Shown here piece by piece: positions 22,309-32,631 of a stretch of 64,000 bases of DNA. The stretch is from Phyllobates terribilis. Taxonomy: Eukaryota. The stretch covers positions 89,776,001 to 89,840,000 of the forward strand of contig NW_027362769.1 in NCBI RefSeq assembly GCF_046119375.1. Reading direction: 5' to 3'. Below the pieces are notes generated by a model. It did no database searches. It had not been told where the DNA came from and saw only the letters and a program-made list of their open reading frames with translations. The stretch's first letter is position 1; each line of letters starts with the position of its first letter. The position numbers and the translations under genes are program-made.

Positions 22309-25285
22309 CTGTTAAAGTGAACAAATGATATGAAAACAATTAGCATTTATTAATGTAGATTAATCCTAAATATCTAAAACCTTGGGTCAACTTTTATATT
22401 AGTGATCCTTTATAAAAAAAAAACCTAATATAGGGAGCACAGACACTACAGGTATCCCCAGAGGCCAGAAGACCTTTCTTCAACAGTTCCAAAATAAAAG
22501 CAGAATTATAAATGCCACATATTTGTGGAGCAGCGGCAGGTGTCTAAGGGGTAACAATGCTCCTTGTGGAGAGTGACAAGCAAAGCCTGGCATATCAGAG
22601 TGAGGAGACTTATAAGCCATGCATGCTCCTCTGGGAAATTAAACACACCCCTGGCATGGTCACACCACTGGTCTGAACTGTGCTCTCTTCCGTGTTGTTA
22701 GTAGAGGCAGGTCTGCCTCTGTAGCATGGAAGGGCAGGGGACACAGAAGCCGACCGGATGCAGCAATCCTACCAACTTCAGAGCGGTGCTTCCAAGTTGT
22801 ATAACAGAATCTTTAATCTTGTCTACGAAACCAGCCACTAAGGTGGCAATTTTGCAATTTTGACCATTAGCAAACGTGACAACCTGTTTAAAGGATCACT
22901 CTCTTTATTAATGGGTAAAATTGTAAAAACAAGCAACATTGCACTTCGCTTTCATAAGAGCGGAGAGGATTTTTCATTTTTTGTTTACTGCTTGTTGTCT
23001 GGTTTACTGACCACGGCTACATGTGTCACGGCTGTTCGATAGCTGGGACACATGCAGGGATTGCCTAACAAACAGGCAATCCCTGCATGTGTCACAACTG
23101 TCTAACAGCCGTGACACATGCAGCCACGGTAACTCAAACATAGATGCTGAGCACACCGAAAATACTCGGCGAGCACCCGAGCGTGCTCGATTAAAGGGTT
23201 AAACGAGCACGCTCGCTCAACACTACTTACAACCTCTAACAGCTCCTGATCCAACCAACTTCAGAGTAACTGCGCTCCTCAAATGCTGTGGAGGCAGAGC
23301 TGCTTCTGCTTGTAGCATCGGAGCACACAGTTTGGGCCAGAGGCAGGACTATGTCACTAGTCTGTACTGTCAATCAAGCAGTAGTGCACTGCCCCCATCA
23401 AGCTGGAAGCCAGGAAAGCAGTGAGCTCCAGAAGAATGAACATGACACAACCCCCTTTGTCTGGAAGCACTGGAGATCTGTAAAAGGGCTCAAACCAGTG
23501 GTTTTCCTTTAAAAGTAACCGTCACTATATTCATGCTGCTTGAACAAAGAGCAGCATGAATCAGATGCTGGCTGCACAATTGCAATCAGGTTATCTTTTA
23601 CTGTGAACTGCTGCGGTATTTTAGGGAAAACATTGTTTTAAAGCTGTCCGGTGACTATAGGGAGAAACCTAGCTCGTCAGGTGCAGTTCCTGGCCGGCTT
23701 CTCCCCGTGCAGCTCTTGTTGATTAACAGGTCTCTCCCAATGTACATACATAGAACAGACCTGTCAATCAACTGGAGCGCTGCAAAGGGAAGCCGGCCGG
23801 GGACTGCACCAGATGAGTCATTTCTCTTTCTACAATCACTAGAAGGCCTTTCAAACTATGTTCTCTCTGAAACATCCGAGTGTCTGAAAGTAAGGGTCGA
23901 ATTCATGCTTCTTGTGGCAGATTCCCTATAAAAAAAATAATACTGCAAATGTAAGCCATGACTATATACTCATGTAAAGCGAAAAGCTGTGTAATATCAG
24001 CACAATCTTAATTTAAAAAAAAAACAAAACTAACCTTTCTCCAGTCGTCTGGACTATGATGAGTATAACCAAGCAGGTGACATAAGCCGTGTACTGCCGT
24101 CACCTGGGGGAAAAGTAATTTATATTTTAGTCTTCCGGCAGTAGAAATACTTTATAAATATTCACTGGACGGAACAAGACCATAAAATGTAACCTCTATA
24201 TGTGACCAACCAGGTATAGGACAGATTCACTTATTACACGTACTTGTGGAGCAGATACTAGCGATTGTAGATCGCTACTCTGAGTGAGGACACAACTCAA
24301 CACATTCTTGAAGAATAATTAGAACAAGTAAGAAATCCTCATTTTTTTTTTACTTTTTAACAAATTTTCTACAAGCTCTTATCCAACTCAGCTCAGATCC
24401 TTTTTCTATGTCGTACTTCACAACAACCAACCTTTGAGCTCCAGAGAATTGTTGTTGATAGCACGTTAACACCATAAGATTTGCATTCTCTATAACTAAC
24501 TTACAGTCAAGACATTGTTAAAATCCTCCTTCTTTTCTTCACACTGGTGATACATAAACTCTACTCCAAGGTAAATGTCTCCTAAATTGTATTCATCCGG
24601 GAATGGTGGATCAGGCAATAATCCGGGACACAAATTCTGGAAGTATATAAGGAGTTCATGCTCTCAGATGCAGCGAACACATATTATATTGGAATTACTT
24701 AAAGAGGAGCCATCACCAGGTTAAAAGTGGCTTGTATTTAGTTTTTTTTTAATCCGCCATATGGTTCCAGATATATGGGCCTTTTTAGCTAATGGTCATT
24801 TTGATGGTGTGGCTCACAAGGTCAGGATCCTCGGGGGCATGTCTTTAGAATGCTCTGCATTATTACCCTGTGAGCCACACCCTCTTGTAAAGACTACAAA
24901 AATTAGTACTGAATAAAAAGGTCCACATCTCTGAAACTGTATGGCGGATTTTAAAAAAAAAAGCAAAAAACAGAGTACTTAGATGTGCAGCGGAAATAAA
25001 GTCAGAGCAAAAAGTGGTCCCTTTTTACCCGGTGACAGGCTCCTTTCAAGACAACCATCATTGCCATTTGTGTACCTCATGAAATGGAAATGACAACACG
25101 TCTGTAGCTTTGTCTTTTCGTCTGTAACGTTTGTTCAGTTGTCGAATCTTTGTATCATTTATACATATTACCCCAACATCAAACCTCTTCACACCCAGAC
25201 AGCTTCTGGCAATTTCTAGATTCTTGCGTAAATGGGCTCTGCGAAGAGGGATCACATGCTGCAGGTTCCGTATGAGAAGAGACAT
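22213..25285 (-). CDS. YBEY: Endoribonuclease YbeY, complete CDS in 4 coding exons (168 aa)
   Basis: MSLLIRNLQHVIPLRRA...TDVLSFPFHE, LGDIYLG and the metal-binding HGLCHLLGYTH motif; phases are continuous; ends in TAA at 22213-22215. Confidence 0.96.
23509..23931. mobile_element. TTAA-type MITE in the last YBEY intron
   Basis: Internal inverted arms gtgcagttcctggccggcttc / gaagccggccggggactgcac. Confidence 0.65.
24035..24103 (-). CDS. YBEY: YBEY coding exon 3 (VTAVHGLCHLLGYTHHSPDDWRK)
   Basis: ccccag/gttagt junctions, 69 nt, H-x3-H-x5-H motif. Confidence 0.96.
24505..24636 (-). CDS. YBEY: YBEY coding exon 2 (NLCPGLLPDPPFPDEYNLGDIYLGVEF...NVLT)
   Basis: ttccag/gtaagt junctions, 132 nt. Confidence 0.95.
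24699..25049. mobile_element. TTAA-type MITE filling most of a YBEY intron; related copy at about 6240-6600
   Basis: ttaaagaggagccatcacc ... ggtgacaggctcctttcaa; aatccgccata...ctgtatggcgga shared with 6308-6515. Confidence 0.7.
25076..25285 (-). CDS. YBEY: YBEY coding exon 1 (MSLLIRN...SFPFHE)
   Basis: Acceptor caacag then GGTG then ATG; donor gtacac; 210 coding nt. Confidence 0.95.
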
Positions 25286-27510
25286 CACCCTGTTGGGACA
25301 AATAATACAGAGACTTGGCGTGAAGGCCGGGGGTCGTCCGATTTGGACGATGTCTACATGTTAGAAGGGAACTTTGGCTTACAAATACTGACCAAATACT
25401 GGCATGCCCTAAGAGTAATTCCCAGAATCACTCCCAGAAGTTATCCCCTGTCAGATAAACCACTGATCACTGGCAGTCTGACCAGAAGGCCATAGAATGT
25501 TATGGTTGGAAGGGACCTCCAGGGTCATCGTGTTCAACCCCCTGCTCAATGCAGGATTCACTAAACCATATCAGACAGATGTCTGTCCAGCCTCTGTTTG
25601 AGGACTTCCATTGAAGGAGAACTCACCTCTCGTGGCCGCCTGTTCCACTCATTGATCACCCTCACTGTCAAAAACTTTTTTCTAATATCTAATCTGTATC
25701 TTCTCCCATTCAGTTTCATTCCATTGCTTCTCGTGTTTCCATGTGCAAATGACAATAAGGATGATCCTTCTACACTGTGACATCCCTTCAGATATTTATA
25801 GACCGCTATTAAGTCTCCTCTTAGCCTTCTTTTTTGCAAGCTAAACATTCCCAGATCCTTTAACCGTTCCTCATAGGACATAGTTTGCAGTCTGCTCACT
25901 ATCCTGGTAGCTCTTCTCTGAACTTGCTTTAGTTTTTCGATGTATTTTCGACACAGTATTCCAGATGAGGTCTGACCAAGGAGGAGTAGAGGGGAATAAT
26001 TACTTCATGTGATCTAGACTTTATGCTTCTCTTAATATATCCCAGAACTGTGTTTGCCTTTTTTGCTGCTGCATCACACTGTTGACTCATGTGCAGTCTG
26101 TGATCTATTAGTATACCCAAGTCTTTTTCACACGTGCTGTTGCTTAGTTCTATTCCTCCTGTTCTGTAGATGTAATTTTCATTTTTCTTGCCTAGATGTA
26201 GAGTCTTGCATTTCTCTCTGTTAAATACCATTCTATTAAGTCACTTCCCATTGTTCAAGCTTATCTAGATCCTTCTGAATCTTTTTTCTGTCTTCTCTAG
26301 TGTTAGTTATACCTCCTAGCTTAGCATTGTCTGTAAATTTGATTAGTTTATCTTCAGTTCCCTTAGCTAGATCATTTATAAAAATGTTGAACAACACTGG
26401 GGTCAGGACAGAGCCTTGTGGTACCCACTTGAAACGCTCTTCCAATTGTATGTGCAACCATTTATTACCACTCTGAGTTTGATCACTGAGCCAGTTATGA
26501 ATCCACCTAACCGTAGCCTTGTCAATCCCATACTTGGTCATTTTTCAATAAGGATAGTATGAGATACTTTACCAAATGCTTTGCTGAACTCAAGATATAC
26601 TATATCTACCGCATTTCCCTGATACACCCAGTCAGTGATTCCATCATAGAAGGAAATCTGATTAGTCTTGCATGACTTGTTTGCTACAAACCCATGCTGG
26701 CTCTGGTAATTACCATATTCTTATCCAAGTACTAACATACATGCTGTTTAATAATTTGTTCAAAGATCTTTCCTGGTATAGAAGTAAGGCGCACAGGCCT
26801 TTAATTTCCTGGCTCCATATTCTTTTCTTTTTTGAATATAAGGGACAACATTTGCCCTTCTCCAATCTTCTGGGACTTCTCCTGTTCACCAGGATTTTTC
26901 AAATATTCTGGTTAATGGTTCTGCAATTTCCTCTGTTATCTCTTTCAGTACCCTAGGATGTAATTAATCTGGACCAGGATATTTAAATTCATGTAAATTA
27001 GCTAAATGTTCCCTCACCATCTCTTTGTTTATAGATAGTGTGGATTATTTTGTTGTCACAAAGTATTCCTATAATAATAGGGTGCAAAGACTGAACCGCA
27101 AGGAGATTTATTGGATTTATAAATTGAACACACTTAAACCACATGGACTGACTGAAATTAAGGAAGTATTCTTATAATAATGTTGTCACAATTTATTAGT
27201 CGATCGTATTTGAGGTTGATCATTCCTACCATCTTTTCTCACTAAAGGATCGTTTACCTCACCTTGTTATTTTAAGACCAACAGCTGTTCAAAGTATTAT
27301 CGGTAATGATTTAATTTTCACTCTCCCTCCATCTATATTATCATTATATGAATATATTATTATTTATTTTCCCCTTAATGTATTGTTATAATTTATCTCT
27401 ACATTTTCCCACCTTATATTGTTATAATCGTTGATCCTCTGGGTAGATTCCTTGGTTTTGCTTCACCCAGCCTAACTTCTGGTCTCATAGCCTGCAGGGT
27501 GTAGCATAGT

Positions 27511-27755
27511 GTTTAAAAGCCGCATTGCTGCTACAAGCGATCTGAACATCCCAGCCCTGCCGCTACTTAGCTACATACAGGTTTGTATCCACTTTCCCCT
27601 TCTGTCTGCTTTGAGGAACACAGGAGATTATAGTGTAGTGGTTTCAAAGCCGCATTCCTGCTATAAGCTATCTGAGCATTCCAATCCTGTCACTACTTAG
27701 CTGTATACAAGTTCGCATCCCCTTCCCCCTCTGTCTCCCTTTGAGAAACACGGAT
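27511..27755 (+). repeat. Diverged tandem duplication of about 130 bp inside the Penelope fragment
   Basis: aagccgcatt.ctgcta.aagc.atctga.cat...ctacttagct...tttgag.aacac occurs twice. Confidence 0.7.
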
Positions 27756-28028
27756 GGGATACTTTTTGGAATATGACACTACAATTTTCATTACATCAAA
27801 AGAAAAAACTTGTATTTTAGGTTTAGTTTTATTTATTAATTTTATCACAGCGCTCTCCTATAATGTTCATGCATTATGTCTACAATGTTCACGCATTATG
27901 ATAACAACAGTTTGTAATATATCTTACTGCCTCTCAATGATTGTTTGACCCTGGGGATTTTTTCTATGTGAGAACCGTTATTCATTTGGCGCCAAGGGAG
28001 TCCTTGGCGGTCTTTTTTGAACACGTGC

Positions 28029-28064
<36 letters not shown>

Positions 28065-28088
28065 ACATCCTTTGTATAGTGAACAGTA

Positions 28089-28142
28089 GCTATGAACCTG
28101 ATGAAGCGGATGGGACGTCCGAGAAACGCGTAGTAATATAGC
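28089..28142 (+). ncRNA. Degenerate type-I minimal hammerhead ribozyme of the Penelope pseudo-LTR
   Basis: CUGAUGA (28098-28104), stem II CGGA/UCCG, GAAA (28123-28126), palindromic ACGCGU helix III, GUA cleavage triplet, helix I GCUAU/AUAGC. Confidence 0.55.
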
Positions 28143-28689
28143 CTTTTGATAAAGTTATTTGCACCCATCTTCATTTACTTATTCTGGCGGAAGCGCGTCT
28201 TCCACGTGTATCATCTTATTCATTTACTTATTTATTCCTTCGATAGCACTGTGAAGATCAGTTGATGTTACATTCGCTTTCTTAGAGAACATAGATGCAA
28301 AATAGTAATTTTAAAGTTCGGTCTTCTCAACATCATTTTTGACCACTTCACCCTTTTCATCCTGTAAAAATCCTATAGCATCTATGACTTTTCTTTTGCT
28401 TTTGAAATACCCCACAAATCCTTTTTTATTGATTTTGGTCTCCCTTGCAAGCCTCACCTCATTACTGGCTTCAGCTCTTTTAAGGCATGCCATGCATACA
28501 TTATATTCTTCTTTAGATATGCCCCCCGTAGACCAGGCACAGCGTGAAGGTTGGCAATATGTACCTCTGCAGCACTCAAGACTGCTGTGCAGCAGAGCCC
28601 AGTTATCATGATCATTTGGGGGTCTCAACAGCCGCACCCCGAGCGATCAGCAAGTTATCCCCATTGTTACTAATATGTGATGTGAAGTC

Positions 28690-29110
28690 AAACTTGGCAG
28701 GCTGCGCATGGCCCTCATTTACCCTCCTCAGCATGAGCCACTACTGCTGCATGGCGCAGCCTCAGCCAAAGCGGAGCGGGGGTGGCACAGCCTCGGCCAT
28801 AGTGGTGGGGGGTGGCACAGCCCAGTGCTGCCAGCAGTGGACTTCATGGAGCTAATATCACGTGATGAGAGCCGAGCGCTCTGCGTCCAATCACTTACCG
28901 CCTGGACTCTGCACCGCGAAAGCGGAACTTTCAATGTTGGACAAGGGGGGAACGTTATTTCTGATGAACCGAGGATGCACACACCGGAAGTAAGACAGTT
29001 TACACCGGAAGTTGATGGTTTTAGGTCGGTGTGTTTTTTTCTCCTGGAGGAGGCTCGCCCGCTCGTACTGCAGTGAATGTGAGTGGCGTCTTGTGCTGTC
29101 CGGGCTCCGC
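28690..29110. promoter_or_regulatory. Bidirectional YBEY/MCM3AP promoter (CpG-rich) with putative non-coding first exons
   Basis: Minus-strand donor GCG|GTAAGT (exon edge 28899) and plus-strand donor AAT|GTGAGT (exon edge 29078) flank two ACACCGGAAGT ETS motifs (28981-28991, 29002-29012); E-box ATCACGTGAT near 28858-28867. Confidence 0.7.
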
Positions 29111-29427
29111 CGGCCTGTAGGTCTCCTGTGTCGGGTCTTCGCTCACCTCTGGCTCATGGTCACACACTTGTAACACCACACGTCTTTATATGTGACGGGG
29201 AATGCTGAAGCTTGTAGTTCCTCTGGTCAAATGACTTGTCAGCGATTCTCTTCTGTGTTACTTTATAAATGTCTGTTATATGGAGCTCTGGGTGGTTGGA
29301 TGTCTCTTCCAGCGTTGGGACGTTGTTGTTATGGAGATCTATATGGCAGCCGCTTCAGGAGCAGCAGGGTCTTTATTCTCCGCTATTTACATATCTCACT
29401 TTTTGTACCAAAGTAGGAGGGAACTAG

Positions 29428-29850
29428 TTAAAGGGAATCTGTCAGCTGGTTTCTGCTCCCCCACCTGAGAGCTGCATGATGTAGGGGCAGAGACCTTGAG
29501 TCCAGGGATGTGTCACTTACTGGGCTGTTTGTAGTTTTGATAAAATCACTGTTTTATCTGTTGCTTATTTAGCAGTTCTCTGAATGCTGAGCTCTGTATA
29601 ACCCCGCCCACACCACTGATTTGCAGCTTTCTTATGCACAATGTACACATAGAGCTTGATTAATATGGAGGACTACCTGGCAGCAGGTTTACTAGTCCTC
29701 TAGTGGTAATCTCCTGCTGATAAACCCATGATTTTAACAAAGCTACTTTAGGCAGACCAGTAAGTGACACATCACTGGAATCAGTCTTTTTCGTTATTTT
29801 ATGCTGTTCTCAGGTTAAGTGGTAAAACTTTGGTGACTGATTCCCTTTAA
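29428..29850. mobile_element. TTAA-flanked MITE in the MCM3AP 5'UTR intron
   Basis: ttaaagggaatctgtca ... tgactgattccctttaa. Confidence 0.75.
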
Positions 29851-30197
29851 AGCGTTTGTCCAAGAATTAAAGATTGTATATGTTTGAGGCCAATTTATTT
29901 TAATTTTACTTAAATACATGAATTTTTAGCTACAAACCACTTGAAGTTCGTCACTCCCTAACTTCCAGTAAGCCTGGCAGACCTTATTTAAATGTGATTT
30001 ACCTGAAGGTTACCGCTATTTTTGCAGCTATAAATAGGGATTTAGTAGGTAATAAGGTCCCTTTAATGTAGTTGAATTGAGATCTGTCAGTGTACAGTAT
30101 TGTAGAGCTAAAATCTTATTTTTTTTGTGATTTTAATCTTACATTTCTATGTGTTTCATAGGTTGTGAAGGCACAGATTTTGTGACGCCACCAAAGG

Positions 30198-32631
30198 ATG
30201 AACAATAATAATTTTTTCGGTGGACAGCAAACCTCAAGCGCCAATTCACAAAGTCAGAATGCAGTTATGTTTGGCCAGACGACATTATTTGGCCAAAATG
30301 CAACTGTACAGCCTGCCCCTGCGTTTGGACAACAGTCTAGTGGCCAGTCGGCCCCTATGTTTGGACAGCAGGGTAACAGCCAATCTTCCACTGTTTTTGG
30401 GCAGAACACTTTAAGCCAGTCTTCTGTGTTTGGACAGACTAATTCTGCTCAAACCGCTCCAGCATTCGGCCAGACAAGTGGTGGACTGTTGGCTCCTACA
30501 TTTGGACAGGGCTCTTCTTCAGGGCCACTGTTTGGTCAGGCTCCTTCTGGCCAGTCTAATTCTATATTTGGGCAGGCCACCTCTGGGCAGTCAGCTCCTA
30601 CCTTTGGACAAGCAGCTAATACTTCAGTGTTTGGACTAGCCACATCTGGACAGACTGCTCCGCTGTTTGGACAGTCTAATTCAGGGCAGTCTGTTCTTTC
30701 ATTTGGGCAGTCCACTGGTCAGTCAGCACCTGCTTTTGGACAGGGCTCTTCTGCACAGTTTACCCCAGTATTTGGACAGAGCACTTCTAGTCAGTCTACA
30801 CCCGTGTTTGGACAGGCCACATCTGCTCCATCTGCTCCTGCATTTGGGCAGGTTTCTTCTGCTCCAGCCTTTGGACAGGCTACATCAGGACAGTCTGGCT
30901 TTTCCTTTGGGCAGGCTGCTAATAATCAGTCTGCTACTACTTTTGCACAACAACCTTTGGGACAAACTGGTTCTGCCTTTGGGCTGGCAACTACCGGACA
31001 ATCCTCTTCCCTCTTTGGACATACAACCAATGCCCAATCAGTACCTGCATTTGGACAGACTTCTACTGGGCAAACTGCTCCAACATTCGGACAAAGTAGT
31101 ACCAATCAATCCTCTATATTTGGACAAACTACTCCCAGTAAAAATGCATCTCCTTTTGCTCAAGTACCATCTAGCCAATCAACATCCCTCTTTTCCCAGG
31201 CGACTACTAACCAATCTGCATCTTTTTTTACACAGCCTACAACTAGCCAGTCAGCTTCCCCCTTTGGAAGCAATACTTCGATATTTGCCCAGGCAACATC
31301 TGAGTCATCTCCAGCATCCAGACAGTCTGAAGATGGCTCAAATCAGGGTCCACAATTTGGACAACAATCCCCAAGCAGTAGATTTTTGTTTGGCCAGACA
31401 CCCTCAAACCAGACAGCTATGTTTGCGCAGAATGTGACTGGGCAAAGTTTTAATCAGACAAGTTCCACCCAATCTGGGCCAAATGGTAATAGCCAGATTT
31501 CTGCATTTGGACAGGTAAACAGTGGGCAAAGTAATATTTTTGGTCAGTCACCTGGCTTCCAGCCTTCATTTAGTAAGCAGGAATCTGGTTCTGTCAGTGC
31601 ACAACCTGCGCAACCATCTTCTGCATTTGGAATCGCACAATCAACACAAGTTAGCAAGGCGGCAGCAACAGAGAAAATGTCAGTTTTTGGTCAGCCATCA
31701 AATATTTCCTCAGGTCAGACTGGAAGTGTGTTTGGTGCCACCACACCGACCAGTTCTACTGCCGTGGACTCCACTTTTACACAGGTGGCATCCAATTCTG
31801 AGCACAGTTTCAAACCTCCCGCTCATACAACTTTCAAGCCGATCCTAACGGGAGCAAATAAATCAGATGAAACTTCCGCACCTTCTTTTAGCATGTTAAG
31901 TAAAAACGAGTCAAAAGATCAACCCCTCTTTGGAGCTCCTACGTCATCCTCTACATCTGGGAACCTCAACTTCTTCTCTATGTCTTCCGATAAGAAAAGC
32001 AAAGGTGAAGCAGGAACACCCAGACCTTCATTTGCAAGTGCGAATAGTAGTTTCACTAGTTTTTCTGAAGAGCCAAGAAGAGAAGAGGGACAAAAAGGAC
32101 TAAAAAGAAAAGAGGAGCATGATCGTTCACCACGTAGAAATGATGCTGCCATCTCAGGTGAAGCTTCTTCAGATCCCCATAGCGAACATCTACCCATTAA
32201 GAGGTCTGGTCGGTTGAACCGGGATTTAAAAGGAGGAGCTAACATCTATGTTAGGAGTTTGTTTGATGTTGTAAAAAGTCAAATGAAAACGGAGCGTGGA
32301 AGAGAAATTAAAAAAGGTGATAACGTTTCTCCACAGCCCAAAGTGACAGGTGCCGATTCTCCATCAAAAAATCAACCAATTATCAGACCTCTTTTAGGTC
32401 CCAATCAAAATGAATCTGTTAAAACTATCTCGGCCAGTTTATCAAGTCAAGTAAATTCTAATAAGTCCCAAATGGCCGGTACAGGTCATGCAACATCTTC
32501 CAGAATGGTTTCATTTCTGGGGCCAAACCAACAAGGATCTCCCAGAGACCATTCTTCATCTGTACCTAGTGAATTGATATCGGGAAGAATTCGACCCTTG
32601 CTGGAAGAAGGAGAGCTGCCTGAACTTCAAG
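30198..32631 (+). CDS. MCM3AP: MCM3AP coding exon 1 (FGQ-repeat domain; exon starts at 30162 after a catag acceptor)
   Basis: 811 codons plus 1 nt; CAAG|GTGAGG donor; about 35 FG dipeptides. Confidence 0.93.

Larger units (their letters stand above)
27053..28228 (+). mobile_element. Penelope-like element 3' fragment nested in the CR1
   Basis: RLNRKEIYWIYKLNTLKPHGLTEI (27088-27159) resembles the PLE GIY-YIG C-terminal tail; CTGATGA...GAAACGCGT motif near the end. Confidence 0.7.
25491..28527 (-). mobile_element. 5'-truncated CR1 LINE in the first YBEY intron, interrupted at about 27053-28228
   Basis: 3' end ATTCTATG; RT remnants (QGSVLTPVLFNIFINDL, KFTDNAKLGG, YSSLVRPHLEYC, RRLRGDLIAVYKYL); ORF2 resumes across the insert. 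Confidence 0.9.

Noticed and set aside
23401-23500. Candidate YBEY last exon after a ttttacag acceptor
   Set aside because: The translation does not resemble YbeY; the exon at 22213-22308 does.
30667-31437. 256-aa alternative-frame ORF inside the FG-repeat exon
   Set aside because: Explained by the codon composition of the FGQ repeats (recurring LDR/HL); no independent evidence of coding.
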